A stretch of 64,000 nucleotides of DNA. It comes from Narcine bancroftii (Eukaryota). Below the pieces are notes generated by a model that was given only the letters and a program-made list of their open reading frames with translations, had not been told where the DNA came from and ran no database searches. The position numbers were made by a program, and so were the translations under genes. Below, piece after piece: positions 50,401 to 61,589 of this stretch (positions within the stretch are counted from its first letter, which is position 1; every line of letters begins with the position of its first letter). The stretch is from assembly GCF_036971445.1 (NCBI RefSeq), contig NC_091475.1:138570001-138634000 (forward strand). Reading direction: 5' to 3'.

Positions 50401-52059
50401 GATATTCCATTTGTGAATACAAACTGGGAACTTGTTGCTTATCCAATGGTGATGTATTCAGAGAGGCCTCAAGGTACTTCACTGTTTCATGGGAGGCCAC
50501 CAGGTTAATGACCATGGAATTGAGGTGGGAAAATCAGTTCATTTGAGACAGGTTCAGACTTGTGTTAATTGAATAGATGGGTAATAAATAATGTTAATAA
50601 AATTGAGAAGGAAAAGAGCAAACCTATTAAGGGTCTTTCACATCCACAGAATATTTCATGAACAGTTTGCTGTCAAATAAGTGCCTTTGAAGTATAATTA
50701 TAATCATATAGGTAAGCTCAACAGTCTATTTGCATACGGTGTTCTTCTTGACAGCAATTAAATTACCCGCGTGTGCAAGATTCACTGAGGTAGGACATGT
50801 GAACTGCCCTGCTCTTTTAAAAATAACTCTAGGCATTCATAAGATCTAAGTAAGCATCAAGATTCAAGATCTTATATCTTATCCAAGAGGTTGTTACACA
50901 ACAATGTAAAATGCTTCAGTACTGCACTGAAGTGTCAGCCTAGCTGTTGTGTTCAATTTTCTTGGGTAAAACTGAAACAAATGACTGACATTGAAGTTAA
51001 GTGCACTGCCAACAAACCAAGGCTGACAATTCAACAAGTTAACAGCATGTCTGTAAGGTCAAAAGGAGAGTGAGTCAGAAGGAGAGTGGAACAATCATAT
51101 AAATTTGACCCAATTGAATTCACATTTTTAATTGTTGATTTAAAGAACTCCATGAATTTCTTGCATTGTGGAAAATAACATTTAGCTGATTTTGTGATTT
51201 TTCATTTCACTCTTTAACTTTTATTCCAAATATTTATTTGCCTGCACATAAATGGACTTGATGGTTCATACAAATGCCAGATAGGTGCCAAAAATTTGAT
51301 TGGATTGTTCAATGCTGTCAGATGAATGGTACTGCATTCAATATTGTGAATATGACTTGATAATCACATATTAATAGCAACTGGATCAATCTATTTGTCT
51401 CAAATTTGAAGTTCTGTAGTGAATTATTCATCCATTACCATTGCTTTTTGCAAATATCAATTAGGATTGTCCCAATATGTACATGTAATAATCTGGACTA
51501 GATACATCTCTTCCTAATACTATACTCAAAACTTACTTTGTCTTTAGTGAGGTACTTTAAGATTTCTGCTGCATGAAACAGACTATTAACCCTTATCAGC
51601 ATACCTAAGGAAGTGTCATAAAATATTCAACAGGTCAGGCAGCATCTATTGAAAAAGATATGGAGTTAATGTTTTAGGTTTAAGATTCTTGCAAGGTTCT
51701 ACTCATCACCAAGTAATGCACTGATTTCTAGCATCTGCATTTAAAAAAAAATTATAATGAAGACTCAGTGGAGCTTGTCAATCATGCAAAGCAGGATATT
51801 TAGGTCACTTCAACAATTAAAATTATATTATTCTCCAAGGAACAATCTTTCTATAAATGGGACTCTTGCTAACACTTGGCCATTACCACTGAACACAAAA
51901 ATGAATCTGTATTCATTCTACAATCTCAATCAATATGAACCAATCCAATGTTAAAATGATAATTCATAATTGCACAGTGCTCAATGACAATATCTCCTTG
52001 AAAATACCCTAGGGAAAGAATGAAATATTTTCCAGAGAATTATCTCTGGAATATTTTAG

Positions 52060-52345
52060 AACCATCAAATCATGGAAGAAAATGGAACAGAAACAGACCC
52101 TTTGGCACATCTAGTCTGTGCCGAACTTTTATTTTGCCTTGTCCCATCAACCTGTACCATTGACCCTCATCCCCTCCCATCCATGTACCTATTCAATATT
52201 TCCTTGAATGTCAAAATTAAGCCTGAATCCATCACTTCAGCTGGCAGCTTATTCCAGCTCTCACCACTTTCTGTATGGTTCCCTTTAAATTTTATACCTT
52301 TTACTCTTAACCCATGTCCTCTAATTCTTGTCTCTGTTACAACAT
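52060..52345 (-). mobile_element. CR1 3' fragment
   Basis: TRIRGHGLRVKG..WNKLPAEV..FKEILNRYMD. Confidence 0.85.
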
Positions 52346-52461
52346 AGTCCAGCTGCAATAGAAATTCATCTAGTATTTTAAAAATAATAATAATTATTAT
52401 TATTAACTATTAGTAACATAACACTTCTTACTTGATGCTAAATTAACCCCCCTCTGTGCAA

Positions 52462-52464
<3 letters not shown>

Positions 52465-52510
<46 letters not shown>
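52465..52510. repeat. (TG)23 microsatellite
   Basis: Read directly. Confidence 0.98.
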
Positions 52511-52513
<3 letters not shown>

Positions 52514-53699
52514 ACATGGCAGGTCCAAAGACATTACAGTTTAGTTATAGTTTTAAAATTCAGTCACAGAAATCTTGTGTGTTGAAAGTCAGAATCTTTA
52601 CTATTCTCAAAACTCATGTCTTTTTGTAGACTTGTTTTTAGAAAATTGTTTCTTAATATGAAAGATTTACCTCTCTTGCATGGAGGTTATGGAACTTTTT
52701 TTACATGTTGATTTGCAGCCAGGGAGAGGTTACATGAAGTGACCATTAAAAGTGGATACGATGGAACTGCCCTCTTTTGACAGAGGCAGTGATGTGGCTC
52801 TTCCTCTTCTAAACCATTTATTCTGTGTACCTCCCATGACAACGAGAATACAATACAACAGCACCTCTCTCACTGAAGGCTACAGTATTGCTGACTTCAG
52901 TTGATGACTGGTGCAATGTTAAAGCTGTTTTCTTGGAGGCATAATCACATGATATGACATCACTCCTGGTCCTGTTTGAAGTCTCATCTCTTCCAAAAGT
53001 AGGAGTTGATGGTTCTGATTTGTCTGCTCAGGTCACAAGCAGATGGCTTTGTGTGTTCACAGATCATTGAAGCAAAAGCTAGCTTGTTTGAACAGATACC
53101 ATCTCTCTTTAACTTCTGAGTTTTATGGTTTATACAGCTTCAACTGAATAATGAATTAACAGATGCTTAGTGTCTTCCCCTATTCTAACTCTGGTCCACA
53201 CTAAATAAAGATGCATGCTAATTTAACTTGGGAGATGTAAGTATAAAGGTTCACAGTAGTAATTTTTCAAGATAATGCAGTGGTCATGTCAAGATTACAT
53301 CATTGTCTTCATTTCCTGATAGAGAATCATATTTGCAAGCTGTGAAATCAGGCTTCTGTGCACTGAAGTGCACAGCAGATATGTTAACTCAATTAATAGA
53401 TTTGCTGCCAACATAACTGGAAGTGTTCTGGGAGACTCAGCCAGAGATACCCGCATGTATATATGAAAACCTCCTTTCATTGATGGTACAATTCACAAGC
53501 TAAAGTCTTTGTGAACATCAGTATGTCTTCATTTGCAACTGCTCTCTGTGTGCATTCAGCTTTTTTTGATGAAGTAAATCAATGGTATGGATGCAAGAGA
53601 TATTATCAAGACTAAATGCTCTGCTATCCCTTGGAACATGCAACCCCAGGTATGGTCAGCTGATGGAAGACCAGTGTCAGGGTACTGAATAAACCACTA

Positions 53700-54116
53700 C
53701 AGGTACTCCCTAACTTATGACCATAATTGGCACCAAAGGATCTTGAAATGGATGCAAATTGGAATTTTACTCGTGCAGGTGGGGTAAATAAGTCTTAAAG
53801 CAAACTTTTTAATCAAAATTTTCTTCATCTGAACTTTCTTTGTTAGTTGGTGTCACTTTCATCTTCTGAACATGTTAGTTGCATCCCGGATCTATAGTCT
53901 GGGCACAGCCATCTTGATTCCTGTGCTCAAGCATGAGTCTTTGTATGGTGGATGCATTGTGGGTTCACCTATTGGAGTTCGGTTGGCACATGTGCAGAAG
54001 ACTCATGTATTGGAGTTCAGTTGGTACATGCACGAGAGTTAAGCGCCCTAATGATATAGAATTTGCACCCTTAACTCTCGTGCATGTGCCAACTGAACTC
54101 CAGTATGTGAACCCAC
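53700..54116. mobile_element. Possible Tc1/pogo (Tigger-like) non-autonomous element left end with internal repeats forming a hairpin
   Basis: ta|caggtactccctaacttatgacc resembles Tigger-type TIRs. No matching right TIR was found. Confidence 0.35.
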
Positions 54117-54444
54117 CAAGCACCTATTCCTTTGGTGCTCTATGATTAGTAAGGGATTGCTTAAGGTTGTATGTGGGTTGGGAAGGGAAGGTTGAGAATC
54201 GCTGCTCTCGACCCAATTGCTACTGAAATAGTTTGCTTGAGAAAAATTGTCATTGGCCCATTTCCTTTAGAATTATGAAACTGTGCACATGAGTCAACTA
54301 GGCATGATTAAAACAGTTGTTTTCAAACTTTTTCTCTCCACCCACATACCATCGTAAATGATCCCTTATTAATCACGGAGCACCTATAGCATAGAGATTA
54401 TTAAAGTGGTATGTGAGTGGAAAGAAAGAGGTTGAGAACCACTG
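54117..54444. mobile_element. Composite hAT (Charlie-like) MITE: partial unit (to 54204), spacer, complete unit (54314-54444)
   Basis: TIRs cagttgttttcaaac / ggttgagaaccactg, and a second end ggttgagaatcgctg. Same TIR as the hAT at 10656. Confidence 0.75.
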
Positions 54445-54566
54445 GCGTAAATGAAAACACAGTGATTACCTCACACAGAGCATAGAGCCACCTGCAAATA
54501 AATGGATTACTGTTTGTCTTACTCTGTAATTGATGCTTGTTAAACAATCTCCTGGTGAAGACTTAC

Positions 54567-54697
54567 TCCTTGATTAACTGTGCTGTTATCTTCTACATTT
54601 ATCTCAATAGGCATTATTTGAAGTCTGGTTGTTCTGAAGTTAATTTTCTTTGTTCTTGGACAAAAGATTGAATGCTGCTGCTCTATCAGTTTTATTC
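54567..54697 (-). CDS. Candidate internal exon (131 nt) of an unidentified host transcript
   Basis: Acceptor ttcttttttctctag| and donor |gtaagt. One open frame: IKLIEQQHSIFCPRTKKINFRTTRLQIMPIEINVEDNSTVNQG. No homology recognised. Confidence 0.35.
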
Positions 54698-54829
54698 CTA
54701 GAGAAAAAAGAACATAGAGCGGTCCTTCCTTAGAAGATGAACATTTCATCTCCATCACTCTTTGACAACCATTGCATGAAGGATAACTGCTTCTTGTGAT
54801 CAAATCACTAGAATATTTGAATACAGAAG

Positions 54830-55345
54830 CTAAGATATCATGTGTGCATCCCTGGTCATCCAGCCATAGGAAGGGCATAAATAAATTAAAAGGAATGTGG
54901 AGAAGATTCACCAGGATATTGCTGGGACAAGATGGCTTAAGTTACAGACAAAGGTTTGATAAGAGTGCAGGAGACTGAGTTGTTAATTTGATAGAGGTTT
55001 ATCAAATCAGGAAAGATATGGATAAAATGAATGCTCATAAGTGATTCCAGAACTAGAGGGCACAGGCTGAAGATGAATGGGAAGACACTGAAGATGGGAA
55101 GACACTGAAGAAGGATGTGAGGAACAACTTTTTTCACTCAGAACGTGGTCCATATCTGGAGAGATAGAGGAAACTGTAGAATCAGTTCTGATATTCATAT
55201 GAATTTGGACATATTTTCTGGATAGGAAGGCTTTAGAAAGATATGGACCAAAAGGGATTATTAGCCCAGCATGCCAATTTGGTTGGCATGGATGAGTTGG
55301 GCAAAGGGCCTGTTCTGTGCTATATCACTCTCTGATTCTATGACT
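54830..55345 (+). mobile_element. CR1 3' fragment
   Basis: WRRFTRILLG..LSYRQR; tail gggcaaagggcctgttctgtgctatatcactctctgattctatgactcta. Confidence 0.8.
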
Positions 55346-56004
55346 CTAAACCTGCATCTGAAAGGGAATAACTTCTTAGCAACATAACCGTTGATATGGT
55401 GGGACACTCAGTTGAAGTTAAACCTACTTGAAAGTCACATACAAATTATAAGTATTTTCTATTTAATTATTTCACTTCTTTATGGTACCCAGGAATAACA
55501 TTTTCTTAATATTAGTTCAACTGGACTCAAGAATCCCAGATTCACCCCCAGTATTTTCTCCAATACCAGCTCTAATCTGTAATAGAAGTGTTGTCTGATG
55601 CCCTGGATCAATTGATCCTTGTACAGATGGATATGAAGGCATTGAAATGTGTTGTCAGTTCTGTTGAACTGGTTTCAAGCTGAGTACCATTTTCACTCAT
55701 TCACTCACTCACGAATGGAGCATCAAATAAACATGGCTGGTTATTGTTGCCATGAATCTTCAAGCAAAATTTCAATCATAGTACAACAGTGTTTCAAAAA
55801 CTGACTGAGATATGGCCTTTGGGCTGATCACAAGCTCATAATCATTAATATAACCACGATTCTCATCGTAATTGGACATTCATCTTCCAACTATGCTTTA
55901 AAAATATAAAGGTGAACAGCACAATACGAGCAATTCATAGTGGAGGCTCTTGTGCACTGTTAAGCCAACATGAGCCTAATATAAACTTAAATGTTCAATT
56001 TTCT

Positions 56005-56255
56005 TTTAATTTAATTTAGACATATGCACGGTAATAAGGCCTGTCGGCCCATGAGCCTGTGTCACCCAATTGCACCCAATTAACCTACAACCCTGGTACA
56101 TTTTGAATGATGGGAGGAAACCAAAGCCCCAGGGAAACCCCACACAGACATGAAGAAAGCGTACCATCTCCTGACAGAGAATATAGAATTTGAACCCCAG
56201 TCCCAATCACTGGCACTGCAACAGCTTTGTGTTCACCGCTTTGCTAACCATGCTG
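56005..56255 (-). mobile_element. HE1-like V-SINE
   Basis: Same structure as 42345-42595 (gggaggaaacc..gaaacccacacagacatg). Confidence 0.78.
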
Positions 56256-56787
56256 GCCCGTAGAGTAGTAAAGCTATAAATTTGTACATCTAATGAAATG
56301 CATGAATTTATTTTCTTTTTCTCCAAAAACTGTCATCTTTCGATAACAGTTTGCTCTGTTCTCCACTTTAAACCTGATCTTGTGTTGGATTGCATTCCTA
56401 AATGTTTCTGCAAAAGGAAAATTAACATATTCACAGGCACTCTCTCAGGCTGTCTCCAGGGAAACCTGTACATTGAGTGAAATTTTTGCAGCCCAATCTT
56501 TCATGTGTTTTTTGTTTTCCAATGTATCTGAGACTCTCCTTTTCTTGTATTTACTCCTCTTCAATTTAACTTTTACATGTTGTTTCTGCTTCCCCTTACA
56601 ACATTTTTTTGACCTTTGCATTTACAACATCTCAAATCTGATAATGATAATAAGTTTTTTGACATATACGTTGTATGATGTACATATGCACCAAAATTCC
56701 TCTTGTTTCAGCCAAACAGATACATCATTAAACTAAAACAATTACAATGGTATACACTAAATTCAAATGGAAAGAGATAATAAATAT

Positions 56788-57085
56788 TTCTTTCTTTCTT
56801 CTTCTTTGGCTTGGCTTCGCGGACGAAGATTTATGGAGGGGGTAAAAGTCCACGTCAGCTGCAGGCTCGTTTGTGGCTGACAAGTCCGATGCGGGACAGG
56901 CAGACACGGTTGCAGCGGCTGCAGGGGAAAATTGGTTGGTTGGGGTTGGGTGTTGGGTTTTTCCTCCTTTGCCTTTTGTCAGTGAGGTGGGCTCTGCGGT
57001 CTTCTTCAAAGGAGATTGCTGCCCGCCAAACTGTGAGGCGCCAAGATGCACGGTTTGAGGCGATATCAGCCCACTGGCGGTGGCC
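56788..57085 (-). mobile_element. Young RTE 3' fragment inserted into a Rex1-like 3' end
   Basis: Near-identical to 21198-21485. Perfect 13-bp TSD agataataaatat (56775-56787 / 57086-57098). Confidence 0.96.
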
Positions 57086-57098
57086 AGATAATAAATAT

Positions 57099-57380
57099 AA
57101 AAGAGAGGAAATAACTATTCACAGTGAAAACAAAAGAAGCAAAAGAATGGCATTGTATTTGTGTAAGTGGTCCTTTTGTGGTGTTGGAGCAGTATTTGAG
57201 TGGTTTAACAAGGGCAGGTTCAAGAGCCAGATTGCTGTTGAAAAAAAACAGTTCTTGAACCTAGAAGTTCTGGTTTTCAGGGTTCTGTACCTTCTGCCCA
57301 AAGGTAGCAGTGAAAAGAGGTTGTGGCCAGGGTGGTGAAGATATTTTATGATGTCTGCCTTATTGAGGAAGAGCCTCACA
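57099..57380 (-). mobile_element. Rex1-like 3' fragment
   Basis: HHPGHNLFSLLPLGRRYRTLKTRTSRFKNCFF. Confidence 0.85.
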
Positions 57381-57964
57381 TAGATGTCTCCACAGGATTC
57401 TGCTCTGATTGGGCCATGGCCTGTTGAGCAGATATTATCGATGCAAAATATAATCTCTCAATTCCACCTGCATTATCTATAATTGGTTGACCCCTGTTCA
57501 GCCCTCCAAAATTATTCATTGAACTGAGGACCAGATATTTGGTAGCTTATTCAAGGCAGATTCCTAGCATAGAATTTGGTGCTCATTACGTTCTTGTGCT
57601 TAGGTTCTGTGTGTGACCTTCATCAGCTTCCAGCATTCAGTTACATTCATGCCTGTTTAATTTATATCAACCACAATCAATAAAATTCTGTAATTACCAA
57701 TATCATTGTTTATATCGCCATTGAACAAGAACCATCTTAACATCTCAAATGAATACTCTCATTTCTTTTTGCTTCCCATTAGACTTTCCTGACATGAATT
57801 TGTTTCTTCTGGTTTTTCTAAGGATTTTCACTTTCTCCTCCTCATATTTATCAGGTTAACTTAGTTTGACATTTATTTTATTTAGTTGGAGCCTGAGAAT
57901 CACACAGATTACAATCCAATCAAACAATGTTTTCTTCAGCTTTTTAATTTACATTCATCAATAA

Positions 57965-59300
57965 GTTCAAAGTTATTCAAAGTTCAGATTTATTGTCAGA
58001 GTACATACATGACATTTGCCTGAGTTTCTTTTTCCTGCTGGCCAGGTAAAATTTCTACTCACTGGAAGTGGAAAAACACTGCACCCAAGAAAAGTTACAT
58101 GTGCAGAAAAGAGTAAGGAAAAAAAGAAGAAGCAATGCAGAAAATGAGCAGTGAAAAATAAATAATGTGCGAAGTAAAAGTCCTTCAATAAGTCTCTGAT
58201 TGAGTTTGCTGTTTGAGTTTAATGGTGGACAGATATCATTTTTTCCTGAATCTGTTGGCACAAGTCACTTGGCACTTAATACCTCATTCCTGATGGCATC
58301 AGTGAGAGCAAAACCTTAATGATTGCTGCTGTTCTCTGACGGCAGCATTCCATGTCAGTTTTCTCAATGATGGGGAGAGTTTTGCCTGTAATGTATTGGG
58401 CTCTCTCCATTAATATTTGCAGGACTTTCCGCTCAGAGATTGAGGTAGCAGAAAGCAAGCACAAAACACGAAAGTCTGTACAACAGGCTTTATTCCAGTA
58501 AAAGTCTGAACACCATTTCATACCTTGGTGGCTCCCCGTGTGACTGACTCAGGAGGGGCCGGATCAGGTCTATATTCAGGTCGGCTGATTGACAGCGGCC
58601 AGGAGGAGTCAGCCCCTTAGGTGGTCTTCCTACAGGTACAGAGATTGCCCCCTACAGTAGTCGTATCACCACAGAGATATTGGTGCCCCCATACCAGATT
58701 GCGATGCAGCTGGTCAGCACACATTTTACCACACATCTGTAGAAATTAGCCAAGGTTTTCAATGTCATACCAAACCTCCACAAACTCCTGAGAAAGTAGA
58801 GGTGCTGACAATTTCGTCATGATGACATTCGTGTGTTGGGTCCAGGAAAGGTCCCCTGAAATAGTGATTCCCACTAATTTAAATGTGCTCACCATCTCCA
58901 CCTCTGATCCCCTGGTGGTTACTGGATCATGTGGCTCTGATTTTCCTTTCCTATAATTCACAATCAGCTCCTTGGTATTGGTGGCATTGAGTGTGAGATT
59001 TTTGTTAGTAAACCAGTCAGCCATGTTTTTCATCTCCCTCCTAACTCATTGCTTCCTTTTATATAACCCACTACAAGTGGTATCCTTAACAAATTTGAGT
59101 ATGGTATTCTTGTCAGACTGAGGCACACAGTCATAGGTGTAAAGTGAACAGATCAGGAGGTGAAAAATGCAGCCCTGTGGTGCTCCAGTACTGATGGAGA
59201 TTGTGGAGGAGATGTTCTTACCAATCTTCACTGATTGTGGTCTGGAGGTGAGGACATCTAGGATCCAATTACACAGTGGGGTGCTGAGGCCAATGTCTTG
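57965..59300 (-). mobile_element. Rex1/Babar LINE, 5'-truncated, carrying a solo LTR
   Basis: [24 protein letters not shown]; homologous to 12873-13990; aataaa(tctgaact)-type tail. Confidence 0.88.
58441..58673 (-). mobile_element. Solo LTR related to the LTRs of the 29141-32637 Gypsy
   Basis: tgagg...tatcaccaca with perfect TSD gagat (58436-58440 / 58674-58678). The paralogous Rex copy at about 13371-13390 shows the empty site (ctcagagatattggtg). It shares aagcacaaa..cgaaa..ctgta..acaggcttta with the Gypsy LTRs. Confidence 0.92.
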
Positions 59301-59414
59301 GAGTTTTCTGATTGGTTGAAACACAATTTGTATGAAGGTAGCAAGAGTGACATAAATATAACTGTACAAAATATTAGCAAAAAGTACAAATGTATAAAGA
59401 AAAGAAGTATAGGT

Positions 59415-59737
59415 GCCACAAGACTCACACCACTAGGTTCAGGAACAGTTGCTGCCCCTCCACCATCAGACTCCTCAATAACAAACTCAATCAGGGACTC
59501 ATTTAAGGACTCTTACTTGTGCACTTTATTGATTTTTTAAAAATTCTCTCTGTATTGTACAGTCAGTTTATTTACTTTCATTATCAGTTTACAGTTATTT
59601 ATTTGTTTTCATGTGTACACTATGTATTTTTTTTTGCATGACCAAGAAGTGATAATTCTGCTTCACCCACAGAAAAAAAAGAAACTCAGGGCTGTATGTG
59701 ATGTCATTAATGTACTCTGACAATAAATCTGAAATCT
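59415..59737 (+). mobile_element. Rex1 3' fragment
   Basis: Reverse-complement match to 12873-13190, ending tgacaataaatctgaaatct. Confidence 0.85.
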
Positions 59738-60179
59738 ATATATCTCCAATATTTTAATGAAGGTTACAGAAACTACATCCAATATGTCAAATATATATGC
59801 CCAGTAGATGCAAAAAAAACTGTCTTTGAATGAGTTGATATGCCACCTTTCTTATTAGGTGATTAACACTGGATGTCAGGCTCTTGATTCTGACTGATCA
59901 AATCAACAACCTCCTTCAAAAATGTAGCAACAAGTGAGCCCAGAATGTAGCTCAGTTTGTCTACATCAAATGACCCTTCTAAATCTCACAATTCTCAGCT
60001 GACTGGATTTATTGCACTTCAATTGATATGACTGATGTTTGCTGCTGGGAATGAAAGTTGAACATATGCAAAAGTTTGTGAAGATTTAAGATTTTTCAAC
60101 TATATCTGATAACATCCCAATTTTTATCATCTTCTAAATTTATGGTCAAATTTACACCTCTTTAATGATCAGAATACTA

Positions 60180-60480
60180 TTTATTGTCATGTAATAAAAC
60201 AGAAATGTAATATTACACAAAATTACCTTTTGTCTGCCATAGGGCAGACAAAGATTCACCATTAGCATTCCTGGCGTTCTTTAAAGAAATTGAAGCAAAA
60301 GAGAGCCCCTCCCCTTAGAGTCACTGAGTGTCCGTAGATTCACCTCCAATGCTCCCATAGCCTCTCCAGTTCAGTTCAAACATCAGCAACCAGAACTCAA
60401 ATCAAAACTACCGACATGATGAGGAAGCCTTTAGCGCTACGAGCCTTTCAAGAGCCCTTCTTGTCCTCAGCACCTTCTCA
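60180..60480 (-). mobile_element. Partial second copy of the unclassified element at 11925-12730
   Basis: tttattgtcatgtaataaaacag..gcagacaaagattcacc..agagtcac..gacatgatgaggaagcct parallels 11942-12206. Confidence 0.55.
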
Positions 60481-60559
60481 ATGAAACAGTGAAGCTTCAC
60501 TCCCAGGTGAACTCAATGCTTTCGAGTCCAATTTGACATTCAAATCAGTGAAGAACCAC

Positions 60560-61589
60560 TGCACACCCCATGTCACCTGACAATCCTCTACTATGGGTAT
60601 CTGAAGATGATGAGCGAACTGCCTCCAAAGAGTTGTCCGGTCTGGACGAAGTACTTTGCTGAGTACTGAAAATCTTAGCTAACCAACTTATCAATGTATT
60701 CATGGATATTTTCAACATCTCACTTGGACAGGGCATGGTACCTACCTGCTTCAAATAGGTCTCAATCATACTGTTGCCCAATAGGAGTGTGGTAACCTGC
60801 CTAAATGACTATTGACCAGTGGTTCTCACATCCACGGTGATGGAGTTTTAAGAGGCTGGTGGTGAAGCATATCAGCTCTTGTCTGAGTAGTAACATGGAT
60901 TCATTTTAATTTGCCTAACGCAATAAAAGGCAGATTCATCTCTCTACACAAAATCTTGGAACAGCTTGACAACAAAGAACCATACATCAGGGTGGTCATT
61001 TGACACCATCATTTGACATCATTCCCTTAAAACTGATCAGCAAATTTCAAGACCAGAGCCTCAGTACCCTACAATTTAATTGGATCATGGATTTCCTCAC
61101 CTTCAGACCCCAATTAATGGAGATTAACAAGAATATCTCCCCACAATCTCCATCAACATCAGAGCATCACAGGGGTGCATATTTAGTCCCTGCTCCCTAC
61201 TTCCTGCTCTCTGCTTTACTCACTTTATACCTATGATCATACTGAAAATACCAAGTAATAAAAAGGGATGAGCCAGCATAAAGAAGGGCGATTTCAAACT
61301 TGGCTGAATGGTGCACCAACAACAACCTTACAATCAATGTCAGCCAAACCAGCAGCTGATTGTAGACTTTAAGAGGGAACAGCCAGAGGTGCACTAGTGG
61401 TCATTGGGGCATCAGAAGTAGAGAGGGTGAGCAAAATTAAATTCCTGTGTGTCACTATGTCAGAGGACCTTTCCTGGACCCAAGAGTTTGAGGAGGTTTT
61501 GTATGACATTGAAAACCTTGGCAAACCTTTGAAGATGTAAAGTGGAAAGTGTGCTGACCAGATGCATCACAACCTGGTATTGGGGGCAC
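60560..61589 (+). mobile_element. Rex1/Babar LINE fragment interrupted by the Gypsy at 61590
   Basis: ctgcctaaatgactattgaccagtgg (CLNDY) and NWIMDFLTFRPQ; homologous to 13390-14480. Confidence 0.85.

Noticed and set aside
55077-55110. 17-bp tandem duplication atgggaagacactgaag
   Set aside because: A local slippage duplication within a decayed CR1 fragment.
24160-56255. tRNA genes suggested by A/B-box-like motifs
   Set aside because: Each is the head of a V-SINE followed by the V domain and CR1-like tail; none forms a full cloverleaf.
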